From positions 1 through 59,203 of the forward strand of contig DASXCK010000472.1 in the NCBI GenBank assembly GCA_036491235.1: DNA of 59,203 bases, written 5' to 3'. A model generated the notes under the pieces. The model was not told the DNA's origin, made no database searches, and saw nothing but the letters and a program-made list of their open reading frames with translations. Numbering within the stretch: position 1 is the stretch's first letter; each line of letters opens with the position of its first letter. Positions 31,394-40,153 of this stretch are shown here, in pieces. The stretch is from Xanthobacteraceae bacterium (GTDB lineage: Bacteria; Pseudomonadota; Alphaproteobacteria; Rhizobiales; Xanthobacteraceae). A program made the translations under genes and the position numbers.

Positions 31394-32449
31394 TCAGACC
31401 CACCCGTTGAGCTCGCGCAGCACCACGGTGCGGATCACCAGCATGCCGGGATCGCTGTCGTTGAGGCAGGGGATGAGCGCAAAATTCTCGCCGCCGTTGC
31501 GCTTGAAGATACGCGCGTTCTCGACGGCGATCTCTTCCAGCGTCTCGAGGCAATCGGCCGCAAAGCCCGGGGTGATGACGGCGAGATTCTTGACGCCCTG
31601 CTTGGCCAGCTTCTTCACCGTCGCGTCGGTGTAGGGCTGCAGCCACTCGGCCCGCCCGAAGCGCGACTGGAAGGTCAGGCGCAGCTTGTTCTCGTCGACC
31701 AGGAGCCGTTCGCGCAGCAGCCGCGTGGTCGCGACGCATTGGTCGTAATAGGGATCACCTTTGTCGACGTAGGCCTTCGGCATGCCGTGAAAGGACGCCA
31801 GGATGACTTCCGGCTTGAACGGCAGCCGCGCGAGCTCGGCCTCCAGCGTGTCGGCGACCGCGCGGATGTAGGCTTGCTCGTCGAACCAGGGCGGCGCGAC
31901 GCGCAGCGACGGCTGCCGGCGCAGCCGCATCAGGGCGCGGAACGCCTCGTCGCACACCGTCGCGGTCGTGGCGGCGGCATACTGCGGATAGAGCGGGACG
32001 AGCAGAATGCGATCGCAGCCGCCCTCGGCGAGCGCCTTGATCCGCGACGCGATCGACGGATGACCGTAGCGCATCGCCCAGTCGACCGTGAACTGGCGGC
32101 CGATCGGCTCGAGGATCGCGGCGAGCTTCTCGGCTTGCGAACGCGTGATGGTCTTGAGCGGTGACTCGTTCTTCTCCTTGTTCCAGATTTTGGCGTAGTC
32201 GCGCCCCTTGCGGCGCGGGCGGAACGGCAGGATGAAGCCGTTGAGCACGAGCTTCCAGGCGAAGCCGGTCTCCTCGATCACGCGCCGGTCGGCCAGAAAT
32301 TGGCGCAGATACCGCCGCACCGATTCGGCGTCGGTCGCCTCCGGCGTCCCGAGATTGACCAGCAGCACGCCAATGCTGGTGGCCGCGACCGCCGGCTCAT
32401 CGGGCGGGCGCGCGGCAGGGACGAGGGTGACTGGTTCGGCGGTACTCAT
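31394..32449 (-). CDS. hemH: Ferrochelatase
   Basis: C-terminal 351 codons of ORF 31394..33253. IGVLLVNLGTPEA, RILLVPLYPQYAAATT, ASFHGMP, FQSRFGRAEWLQPYT and CLETLEE. Confidence 0.9.
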   Translation of the reverse strand: MSTAEPVTLVPAARPPDEPAVAATSIGVLLVNLGTPEATDAESVRRYLRQFLADRRVIEETGFAWKLVLNGFILPFRPRRKGRDYAKIWNKEKNESPLKTITRSQAEKLAAILEPIGRQFTVDWAMRYGHPSIASRIKALAEGGCDRILLVPLYPQYAAATTATVCDEAFRALMRLRRQPSLRVAPPWFDEQAYIRAVADTLEAELARLPFKPEVILASFHGMPKAYVDKGDPYYDQCVATTRLLRERLLVDENKLRLTFQSRFGRAEWLQPYTDATVKKLAKQGVKNLAVITPGFAADCLETLEEIAVENARIFKRNGGENFALIPCLNDSDPGMLVIRTVVLRELNGWV

Positions 32450-32540
32450 GTGGTCCCGGGATAGATGAGGCCAAAGATAGGCATTAGCGAGGCACCGTTC
32501 CATGCCGGGGGGTGACTTTACCCGGTGGCCTTGTCCGGTT

Positions 32541-32667
32541 GTCATTGCGAGCCCTCGGGTCTCGCCTGTCGGCGAGGCCAGGGATAAACTCCGCGAAGCA
32601 ATCTCGCCGACAAGACACCTGCGGATCGGGATTGCTTCGTCGACCTGGCAGCCTCCTCGCAAATGAC
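32541..32667. repeat. REP-A copy 4
   Basis: GTCATTGCGAGC...GAAGCAATCTCG...GGATTGCTTCGTCG...CCTCGCAAATGAC. The right arm contains the ATG (32663) called as the start of the next gene. Confidence 0.8.
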
Positions 32668-33802
32668 AGGTAATGCTACTTTCATCGACGGAGATGCACA
32701 GCGCGCGCTGGTCGCGGCCAGCAAGCCGGAATTGCGCATCCTGCCGACCACCGATCTCAACGTCGAGACGCCCGCGCACCTGCTCGACCACGACATCACG
32801 CCGATCGACCTCTTGTTCGCCCGCAACACCGGCACCATGCCGGTGGCGAGCGCGAATGACGCCGCGGCCTGGACGCTCGCGATCGACGGCTGCGTGCGCG
32901 TGCCGCGCCGCTGGACGATCGCCGAGCTGCAGCAGCAATTCGAGACGGTGACGCGCACGGCCGTGCTCGAATGCGCCGGCAACGGCCGCTCGTTCTTTCC
33001 CGAACCGGCCGGGGTCGTGCTGTGGCAGCACGGCGCGGCCGGCTGCGTCGCCTGGACCGGCGTGCGGCTCGCCGACCTCCTCGCCGCCTGCGGGCTTACG
33101 CCCGAGGCGGTCTATACCGGACATCACAGCCCGGACCTGCGCTTCGACGGCAACGGCCCGGCGATCTCGCGCGGCCTGCCGATCGCCAAGGCGCGCGCGC
33201 CCGAGACGCTGGTTGCCTGGGCGCTCAACGGCGCGCCGATCCCGCCGCTGCACGGCGGACCGCTACGCGTGATCGCACCCGGATTTCCGGGATCGGCCTC
33301 GCAGAAATGGATCACGCGCATCGCGATCCGCGACCGCGAGCACGACGGCGAGCGCATGCTCGACCTGCACTACCGGCTGCCGCGCGTGCCGGTCGCGCCG
33401 CTCGCACCGGGCGAGCGCTACGACGAAACGCTGTTCGACGTGATCACCGACGTGCCGGTACGCGCCGTCATCACGGCGCCGCGCGCGGGCTTCGTGCTGG
33501 CGGCGGGCGCGCCGCTCGGCGTGCGCGGCCATGCGTGGAGCGGGCACACGCCGCTTGCCGGGGTGGAGCTGTCGTGCAACGGCGGAAGGTCCTGGCAGGC
33601 GGCCGCGCTCGGGCCACTCGCCGACACGTTCGCGTGGCGGCGCTTCACCGCGACGTTCGCGCCGCCGCCGACGGGTGCGATCGAGATCATCGCACGTGCG
33701 AGCGACACGCGCGGACGCACGCAGCCGCTTCAATCGGCGCCGTGGAATCCGCGCGGCTACGGCAACAACACGGTTCACCGCGTGGGCGGACGGGTCGGAT
33801 AA
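32663..33802 (+). CDS. Sulfite-oxidase-family molybdopterin oxidoreductase
   Basis: ORF 32663..33802, 379 aa. LECAGNGRS Moco-Cys motif, GPLRVIAPGFPGSASQKWI, and a C-terminal dimerisation-type domain. The start is uncertain because it overlaps a REP. Confidence 0.8.
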   Translation: MTGNATFIDGDAQRALVAASKPELRILPTTDLNVETPAHLLDHDITPIDLLFARNTGTMPVASANDAAAWTLAIDGCVRVPRRWTIAELQQQFETVTRTAVLECAGNGRSFFPEPAGVVLWQHGAAGCVAWTGVRLADLLAACGLTPEAVYTGHHSPDLRFDGNGPAISRGLPIAKARAPETLVAWALNGAPIPPLHGGPLRVIAPGFPGSASQKWITRIAIRDREHDGERMLDLHYRLPRVPVAPLAPGERYDETLFDVITDVPVRAVITAPRAGFVLAAGAPLGVRGHAWSGHTPLAGVELSCNGGRSWQAAALGPLADTFAWRRFTATFAPPPTGAIEIIARASDTRGRTQPLQSAPWNPRGYGNNTVHRVGGRVG

Positions 33803-33810
33803 ATTTACCT

Positions 33811-33926
33811 CGTCATTGCCCGCGCAAGCGGGCAATCCAGTGGTCGCGGTCGGCCGTGTGGAACGCCGGCAACGCCTCTCGATGCATTGCGGCGTACTGG
33901 ATCGCCCGCTAGCGCGGGCGATGACG
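33811..33926. repeat. REP-C copy (best-preserved)
   Basis: CGTCATTGCCCGCGCAAGCGGGCAATCCAGTGG...GTACTGGATCGCCCGCTAGCGCGGGCGATGACG. Confidence 0.8.
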
Positions 33927-33956
33927 CAGTGCATGGAGTAGAGATGACGGCCCGCC

Positions 33957-34934
33957 TCAATCGTTCGGCTTGATGCCGATCTTCTTGGCGAGCTCGACCG
34001 TCTCGTGGAAATCCTTGACGAAGAACGCCTGGAATTCCTCCGGCGTCATCTGCCGCTGCTCGTAGCCGAGCTTCGCCAGCGCGGCCTTCGTCGCCGGAAC
34101 ATCGCTCGCCTTGCGGCCCTCGTCATAGAGCCGCTTGACGATCTCGGGCGGCACTTTCGACGGCACGAACAGGCCGCCCCAAAAAAGGTACTCGGCCGCC
34201 GGATATCCCGCTTCGGCGACCGTCGGCACCTCCGGCAAGAGCGGCGAGCGCTTCGGCGTGCTCACCGCGAGCGCCTTGAGCTTTCCGGCCTGCACCAGCG
34301 AGGCGGCGGCGGCCAGCGGGATGAAATAGTAGTCGACCCGGCCCGCGACGACCTCGGCGAGCGCATTGCCCGGGCCGCGGAACGGCACGTGCGTGGCATC
34401 GATTCCGGCGGCGAGACGAAAGCGTTCTGCCGCGATGTGCGAAGCTGCGCCGATGCCCGCGGAGGCGAAATTCAAGACGCCGGGGTGTGCCTTCGCGGCG
34501 GCGACCAGGTCGGCGACCGAGTTGTATCCCTTCGACGGCGCCACCACGAGCACCGACGGACTGAACCCGAACGGGAAGACCGCCTGGAAGTCCTTGAGCG
34601 GATCGTAAGGCAAGTGCTTGTGCAGGACCGCGCCGGAGCTGATGGTCGATGATCCGAGCAGGACCGTGTAGCCATCGGGGCCGGCCTTCGCGACGTCGTT
34701 GAAGCCGATGACGCCGCCGCCGCCTGGGCGATTTTCGATGATGATGGCCTGACCGAGCGCCTTTGCCATCGGGTCGAAGATCACACGCGCGATGGTGTCG
34801 ACGGCGTTGCCGGCGCCGATCGGGCTGATGGCCGTGATCGTGTGCGTCGGCCACGTCTGCGCGGACACCGGCGACGCCGGCAGCGCAAAAGCCGCGGCAA
34901 CGAACGCGCCGGACAGCGCGCGAATAAACCTCAT
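33957..34934 (-). CDS. TctC/Bug family substrate-binding protein
   Basis: ORF 33957..34934, 325 aa. Signal peptide ...SPVSAQ, then IIIENRPGGGGVIG and FASAGIGAASHIAAE. Confidence 0.9.
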   Translation of the reverse strand: MRFIRALSGAFVAAAFALPASPVSAQTWPTHTITAISPIGAGNAVDTIARVIFDPMAKALGQAIIIENRPGGGGVIGFNDVAKAGPDGYTVLLGSSTISSGAVLHKHLPYDPLKDFQAVFPFGFSPSVLVVAPSKGYNSVADLVAAAKAHPGVLNFASAGIGAASHIAAERFRLAAGIDATHVPFRGPGNALAEVVAGRVDYYFIPLAAAASLVQAGKLKALAVSTPKRSPLLPEVPTVAEAGYPAAEYLFWGGLFVPSKVPPEIVKRLYDEGRKASDVPATKAALAKLGYEQRQMTPEEFQAFFVKDFHETVELAKKIGIKPND

Positions 34935-35087
34935 GACGTCTCTCCCCGTCGACTTACGACATTAACTTTCGACGCGGCATCACGCCGGCCGCATCAACCA
35001 TAGGGGCAAATACCTGGGCCCGCCAACGGACAAGAGGACGCGCATACGGGCTATATACATTCCGGCGTAATCATGTGAGACGCAAAC

Positions 35088-35753
35088 ATGCCAGATTTCG
35101 TGGTCGAATTCGGCCAGGACCGAAAACCGCCGCCCGACGGCCGCCTGCAGGGCCCGGCGTTTGCGCGCAACCATGCGCCGATCTGGTCGGTCGCGGAGCC
35201 TTTCCTTGCGGGCCGCCGCGGCCATGTGCTGGAAGTCGGCAGCGGCACCGGTCAGCACGTGGTCGACTACGCGCGCCGCGCGCCGCATCTCACATGGTGG
35301 CCGAGCGACATCAATCCGCGCCACCTCGCCAGCATCGCGGCATGGCGCGCGCACGAGAGGCTCGCGAACGTGCAGCCGCCGGCACACATCGATCTCCTGG
35401 CGGCGGACTGGGACGCCGGCTTGCCCGTACACGATCCCCTGCTCGCGATCCTCTGCATCAATGTGCTCCACATCTCGCCGTGGCGCGTGACCGAGAACCT
35501 GCTCGCCGGCGCGGCGCGACGGCTTGCACCGGGCGGCCGCGCTTTCGTCTATGGGCCCTTCATGCGCGACGGCGCAAACGCAGTGCCGAGCAACGCGACG
35601 TTCGACGCCAACCTCCGCGCCGAGAATGCGGAGTGGGGCGTCCGCAACACGCGCGAGATCGCGTCGGTCGCGGAGCAGTGCGGCCTGCGCATCGCCGCAG
35701 TCGCGCCGATGCCGCGCGATAATTTCACGTTGGTGATCGCGCGAGCGACATAA
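35088..35753 (+). CDS. DUF938 family protein (SAM-methyltransferase-like fold)
   Basis: ORF 35088..35753, 221 aa. ARNHAPIWSV, LEVGSGTGQHVV, CINVLHISPW and VYGPFMRDG...SNATFDANLRAENAEWGVR. Confidence 0.8.
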   Translation: MPDFVVEFGQDRKPPPDGRLQGPAFARNHAPIWSVAEPFLAGRRGHVLEVGSGTGQHVVDYARRAPHLTWWPSDINPRHLASIAAWRAHERLANVQPPAHIDLLAADWDAGLPVHDPLLAILCINVLHISPWRVTENLLAGAARRLAPGGRAFVYGPFMRDGANAVPSNATFDANLRAENAEWGVRNTREIASVAEQCGLRIAAVAPMPRDNFTLVIARAT

Positions 35754-36138
35754 AGCGCCCCACGTCACCTGCTTCTTTAGCAATCGTCAGTGGGTTATTG
35801 AGATTGCTGCTGTTATCCCAGTTGGGTTCAATTTGCCAAAATTGGACACGGATGAGCTATTCCCTTTCGCTCGATGCGAGCTACGAACGGCCTCGTTGAA
35901 TCTCTTGCATTTTCTAGCTTTGTTTTGCACGGAGGCTACCCACACCACGGCAGCAGCCCCCGGATTTCGCTTACGGCTCCGCGCTCTGGCGGACTCAACG
36001 CTTGTCCGCCGCTCCCGCAGCGAGCGACGGCAGGTCGCTTACCCGGGCTACGGACGTCATTCGCCTTATTCTCATTCGCGATAGCGCCGAAGGCCGCGTC
36101 ATCCAAGCACATTTTGCGTAATCCCCACGAGGCAGCGA

Positions 36139-37314
36139 TCACTCCGCTTCGTCGGCGGCCTCCTCCTCGTCGCTCTCCTCGTCGCGGTACTCGCCGGTGA
36201 GTTTCAATCCTTCGATCGAGGTCGCGCCCGCTTCCTTGATCACGCGGCGCGCGCGTTTGCCTGTCGCGTCCGTCATCGCGTCGGCAAGCGCCTCCGAATG
36301 CGTGACGATCCAGATGCGCGCCTTGCCGGCGGCGCGCGCGATCAGGCGGGCAAGCGGCGGCAGGAGCGCGGGATGCAGGCTCGCCTCCGGCTCGTTGAGC
36401 GCGATCAGCGACGGCAGCCGGTAGCCCATCAGGGCGCCGAGCAGGCAGAGATATTTGAGCGTGCCGTCGGACAGCTCGTGCATGGCGAACGGGCGCGGCA
36501 TGTCGGGAAACTGCATCTCGAACCGACACCAACTACTGCGCCCATCGGAGGCTGAAAGGCAGGCGCCCGGAAAGGCATCCTGGATCGCGTCGTCGAGGTC
36601 CACCGTATCCTCGCGGATCACGAACAGCGTGGCGAGCACGGCGGCAAGATCGCGGCCGTCGGCCGACAGCGTCGGCGTCGTGATCGCGTGGCAGGGCTGG
36701 CGGATCGGCGAGCCCGCGTCAGTGCGGAAGTCGTGATAGAGTCGCCAGTCGAGCATCTCGCGACGCACCGCCTCGAGCTCGGGATAGCGCGCGCCGTCGC
36801 GAAAGACGGAGAGCGCGGTCTCCGACGGCAGCAGCGCGTTGGACCGCGTCTCGCGGCTACCTGCCTCGTTGCGCAGCGTGACCAAGGCGCCCTTGCGCTC
36901 CATCATCACCACGTCGCGGTGGCCGCGACGCAAAATGAGACGCTCCTCCTTGATCAGCGGCTCGATCTCGAACGCGGCCTCGGCCGGCCGGCGCAGGCCG
37001 ATCTCCACCTCGTAGGAATGGGGGAGACCGACTTCGACCCCATAGTTCATCTCGTCGAAATGCGCCTTGAGGATCAGCCGCACCGGATCGCCGCGCCGGC
37101 GCTTTCCCGCCCACAACACAGATTCGATGCCGCCCTCCTCCGCGATGGCGCGCGTGATGGTGCCGTCGGCGGCGGCGCGCAGCAGCCCGAGCGCCTTGTA
37201 CAGATTGGTCTTGCCGACGCCGTTCGCGCCGACGAACACCGAGCATGCCTCGACCGGCAGATACAGGTTGCGGACCGAACGGTAGCCGCGGATCGTGACG
37301 GCGGTCAGGGGCAT
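36139..37314 (-). CDS. AAA family ATPase (ABC/SMC-like, AAA_21/COG4637-type) with an acidic C-terminal tail
   Basis: ORF 36139..37314, 391 aa. Walker A GANGVGKTN at residue 30, signature-like LSDGTLKYLCLLGAL, Walker B SLIALNEPEASLHP, H-loop IVTHS, and tail YRDEESDEEEAADEAE. No obvious SD. Confidence 0.85.
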   Translation of the reverse strand: MPLTAVTIRGYRSVRNLYLPVEACSVFVGANGVGKTNLYKALGLLRAAADGTITRAIAEEGGIESVLWAGKRRRGDPVRLILKAHFDEMNYGVEVGLPHSYEVEIGLRRPAEAAFEIEPLIKEERLILRRGHRDVVMMERKGALVTLRNEAGSRETRSNALLPSETALSVFRDGARYPELEAVRREMLDWRLYHDFRTDAGSPIRQPCHAITTPTLSADGRDLAAVLATLFVIREDTVDLDDAIQDAFPGACLSASDGRSSWCRFEMQFPDMPRPFAMHELSDGTLKYLCLLGALMGYRLPSLIALNEPEASLHPALLPPLARLIARAAGKARIWIVTHSEALADAMTDATGKRARRVIKEAGATSIEGLKLTGEYRDEESDEEEAADEAE

Positions 37315-37543
37315 CCGGAGAGTGTAGCGCGGATGGCGGGCAGCGTAATCCGGGGCAGCCTTTGCAAGCGCGCTTTGCGTTGAGCCAACCGACGACAGCG
37401 CAAAATGCCACCAGCGGCATCCGCCGAACGGGCACTAAAGAGCACTTAAGAAATCCGCAGAGGAACGAACTAGCATGTCGGGACGCAAGCCGCGGTCCCC
37501 AACCACCTCTAACGCGTCACATAATGGTGTCCCGGGGAATCCC

Positions 37544-37568
37544 GAACCGGCTGCCCTTTCAGAGCGTT
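37544..37568 (+). promoter_or_regulatory. EcfG (general stress response)-like promoter cGAAC-N17-CGTT
   Basis: GAAC 37544-37547 and CGTT 37565-37568, against the consensus GGAAC-N16-17-CGTT. It sits about 37 nt upstream of the small ORF's ATG. Confidence 0.3.
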
Positions 37569-37604
37569 GGTATCCGGCAGTTACGAAAGGGAAAGGATTG
37601 AATT

Positions 37605-37814
37605 ATGCGGAACTTCATCAAGATCGCGGCGATTGCCGGTGCGCTCCTGGGATGCGTGACCGTGGCTCAGGCGCAGTCCTCCCAGCAAGGAAGCACGGAA
37701 GCCGGCATCGACAACGCGCAGAACCATGGGGCGTTTGGCGGGTACGCGCATCGTGGCGCTTACGCGCAATATCGTGGCCACTACGGTCATCATCGGCATC
37801 ATGTCGGCTGGTAA
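37605..37814 (+). CDS. Small secreted His/Gly/Tyr-rich protein (69 aa)
   Basis: ORF 37605..37814. Signal peptide MRNFIKIAAIAGALLGCVTVAQA, mature part ...NHGAFGGYAHRGAYAQYRGHYGHHRHHVGW. It has a purine-rich RBS and its own terminator. Confidence 0.55.
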   Translation: MRNFIKIAAIAGALLGCVTVAQAQSSQQGSTEAGIDNAQNHGAFGGYAHRGAYAQYRGHYGHHRHHVGW

Positions 37815-37901
37815 GGGAGAATAAGGGAGACGCGGCTATCGCCTAATCGGCTTGTCGACGGCGGCATCGATTTTTCCGTCCAAGACGAACCCACGACCGA
37901 A

Positions 37902-37933
37902 CCCCGACGAGCCATCTGGCCCGTCGGGGTTTT
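37902..37933 (+). terminator. Rho-independent terminator
   Basis: CCCCGACG-N12-CGTCGGGG followed by TTTT, about 90 bp after the small ORF's stop. Confidence 0.65.
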
Positions 37934-38229
37934 AGGTGCGCGCCGTTCGCGGGATACGATTTTGTGCTGCATGCGAGTTCTTCTGGCGGTTGCAAGGCTG
38001 GCGTCTGACTCCCGTCATTGTTCCGCAGACCGCGTTGCATCGCATTTTCACTTTCCCGTATGTTGCATCTCCTCAGGCCGCTCGACGCCGAAGACGTGGC
38101 GCGGAAAGTCCAGACCCCTGCGCAAGATCGCCTTCAGGCACTGTGGTCCTGCAACCAACCCAATGCGGATCCAAACGGCGCCTACTCCCCGTCAACAGTT
38201 ATACCGGCCAATTCCACAGCAACCCACCT

Positions 38230-38643
38230 CTACGTTCCGGCTGTTGCGTACTTCTCGAATTGCGGGAGGCCATCGGTAATGGTGAACCAGGGCGCCTTGG
38301 AGCCGACGAAGATATGCTTATCCGGCCGTATTGTTGGGCCATCGACCAGCGTTCCCATCGCGACGTGAACATAAGCTCCCTCTCGAACCACGGAATAAAC
38401 CAAGGACCCGCATACCTTGCAGTGGGTGTCGTTGCCATCGCGTTCGCCGAAGATCATGAGGTCCCCATGCCCCTGTGTGAGAACCAGCTTCCGGCGTTCG
38501 ATGCCAGCGAAAGGCTTGAACGCCGAACCCGTCGTGCGACGGCAGTTGGAGCAATGGCAATTTGCCGCGTAGAGAAACTCATCGGCAACCGTGTAAGCGA
38601 CGGCGCCACAAAAGCATTTTCCGGCAAGTAACCGAGCAGTCAT
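38230..38643 (-). CDS. GFA (glutathione-dependent formaldehyde-activating / CENP-V) family protein
   Basis: C-terminal 137 codons of ORF 38230..38922, behind GAGGA. The zinc-cysteine pattern is GKCFCGAVAY...ANCHCSNCRRTTGSAF...THCKVCGS. Confidence 0.8.
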   Translation of the reverse strand: MTARLLAGKCFCGAVAYTVADEFLYAANCHCSNCRRTTGSAFKPFAGIERRKLVLTQGHGDLMIFGERDGNDTHCKVCGSLVYSVVREGAYVHVAMGTLVDGPTIRPDKHIFVGSKAPWFTITDGLPQFEKYATAGT

Positions 38644-38836
38644 CTTCGGATCCTCTAAGCTTGCGACTAGATCGCACCAGGCATGAAGCCGTGAGAGCCG
38701 GCCATGGCCTTTCTGATGTTCTTGTGCCTTGGAGGTGTCCCTCGAATCCTGAGCGATCCTCAGCGCACCGACAATTCGGAAAATCGATGCGCCAACCGGC
38801 CGACACCTTCGTGCGAACCAGACCGCCCGCTGAAAC

Positions 38837-39025
38837 CTACCGGTCGTTCTTCCAGACCACGGCCTGCGCGACCACCGCATGTTCGCCATTGAAGGTGATC
38901 GCTGGGGAGCCATAGAGCGCATAGCCTAAAGTCAACGCTTCGGAGACGCGCTTGCAAAAAGCGGCGTCATCTCTCCCGGTGAGAAGACGATAGGCGGGCA
39001 TATCGTCGGGCGGCTTGGATGCCAT
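38837..39025 (-). CDS. DUF1737 domain protein
   Basis: ORF 38837..39043 trimmed to the ATG behind GAAGGAAA. YRLLTGRDDAAFCKRVSEALTLGYALYGSPAITFNGEHAVVAQAVVW matches the DUF1737 pattern as I recall it. Confidence 0.6.
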   Translation of the reverse strand: MASKPPDDMPAYRLLTGRDDAAFCKRVSEALTLGYALYGSPAITFNGEHAVVAQAVVWKNDR

Positions 39026-39141
39026 GACTTTTCCTTCTCTCAAAACGGACTTGATAACGATCGACGATGATTAGCCGGAACGCCCTCTGGCGTCGAGCGT
39101 GGCCGGCCGTCACCGCTGTCGGAGGCGACTTGTGTTCTTCT

Positions 39142-40038
39142 TCAGCCCAGCTTTTCGCTCGGGAAACGTGCGGCCAGGAAATCGATGAGGCTTCGCGTTC
39201 GCGCCGGCAGCAGCTTTCGCGAGGACCATACGAGGTGCACCGGCGTCGGCTCGGGCTCGAAATCGATCAGCACGAGTTCGACTCTCCCGGTATCGAGCAA
39301 GCCGCGGATCTGCCAGAGCGGTGCAGTCCCGATCCCAAGTCCTTGCGCGACCGCTTCATTGCACGCTGCAGCACTCGTCGAGGAAAACCGTGCATGCACC
39401 TCCACCAGCTCCTCGCCGGGACCGCCGCCAAAGGTCCAGCGCAGCGGCGCCCGCGCCACGGTTCTTATGACGCAGGCGTGGTGCTTGATGTCGCTCGGCC
39501 GTTCAGGGCGGCCATGTCGCGCGAGATAGCGAGGCGCGGCAAAGGCCACGCGCCGCAATACGCCGATCCGGCGAGCCGCGAGGTTGCTGTCGGGGAGTTC
39601 GCCAATGCGGACGGCAAGGTCCAACCTTTCGCCGACGGGATCCTGAAAATGGTCGGCCAGAACCAGTTCGATGTTCACCGCCGGATGTCGATCCATGAAC
39701 GCCGCGAGCGCCGGCACAATGTAGGTTGGTGCAAAAAGCGTCGAGGCGCCGAGGCGGAGATCGCCGGCGACCACCGCGCCACCGGCGGCGGCCTCGAACC
39801 GTGCGCTCTCGATGTCCGCGAGAACGATCTTCAGACGACCGTGGAACGTGAGGCCCACCGACGTGGGCTGCAGACGCCGCGTCGTCCGATGAACGAGCCG
39901 GACTCCGACATCCTTCTCCAGCGCCGCGAGCGCCCGACTGACGGCCTGGAGCGAGCGGCCGAGCTCGCGCGCCGCCTTCGTCAGGCTTCCGTACTTCACG
40001 ATCGCGACGAAGGCTTCATAATCATCAAGCGTCGCCAT
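39142..40038 (-). CDS. LysR family transcriptional regulator
   Basis: ORF 39142..40038, 298 aa. HTH DYEAFVAIVKYGSLTKAARELGRSLQAVSRALAALEKDVGVRLVHRTTR plus a LysR substrate-binding domain. It is divergent from the NTF2-like gene. Confidence 0.9.
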   Translation of the reverse strand: MATLDDYEAFVAIVKYGSLTKAARELGRSLQAVSRALAALEKDVGVRLVHRTTRRLQPTSVGLTFHGRLKIVLADIESARFEAAAGGAVVAGDLRLGASTLFAPTYIVPALAAFMDRHPAVNIELVLADHFQDPVGERLDLAVRIGELPDSNLAARRIGVLRRVAFAAPRYLARHGRPERPSDIKHHACVIRTVARAPLRWTFGGGPGEELVEVHARFSSTSAAACNEAVAQGLGIGTAPLWQIRGLLDTGRVELVLIDFEPEPTPVHLVWSSRKLLPARTRSLIDFLAARFPSEKLG

Positions 40039-40153
40039 GAGCGTCGTCTCGTAATTCTCTCACCTAGCGGGAGGATGTATCATCAGCCACGACGATTGTC
40101 CCTCCTTGGTGGTACTCCCAAATCGCGGGCGTCATCCTCAGCAAGGAGTTCTC

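Noticed and set aside
32450-33253. N-terminal 268 codons of ORF 31394..33253, upstream of the ferrochelatase start.
   Set aside because: It is antisense to the sulfite-oxidase-family gene, passes through a REP and has an Arg/Gly/Ala-rich composition. Ferrochelatase homology begins at MSTAEP (32449).
35936-36138. A short minus-strand ORF after the ATPase (…AIANENKANDVRSPG…) that briefly resembled a tmRNA tag (ANDN…) or a small partner protein.
   Set aside because: There is no tRNA-like acceptor or T-arm nearby, the reading frame does not end in the usual …AA stop, and it is simply the tail of a shadow ORF (35936..36532) overlapping the ATPase out of frame.
36139-37314. Calling the ATPase a Septu (PtuA), PARIS (AriA), Gabija (GajA) or OLD-family defence gene.
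   Set aside because: No HNH, DUF4435 or TOPRIM domain or partner ORF lies within 1 kb on either strand. There is also no fused nuclease domain, no RT and no ncRNA signature. The assignment would be unsupported.
37936-38229. A possible GNAT-like gene remnant beginning MLHLLRPLDAEDVA… in the gap before the GFA gene.
   Set aside because: The similarity is limited to a few N-terminal residues. The remainder has no acetyltransferase motifs and the frame overlaps the GFA gene.
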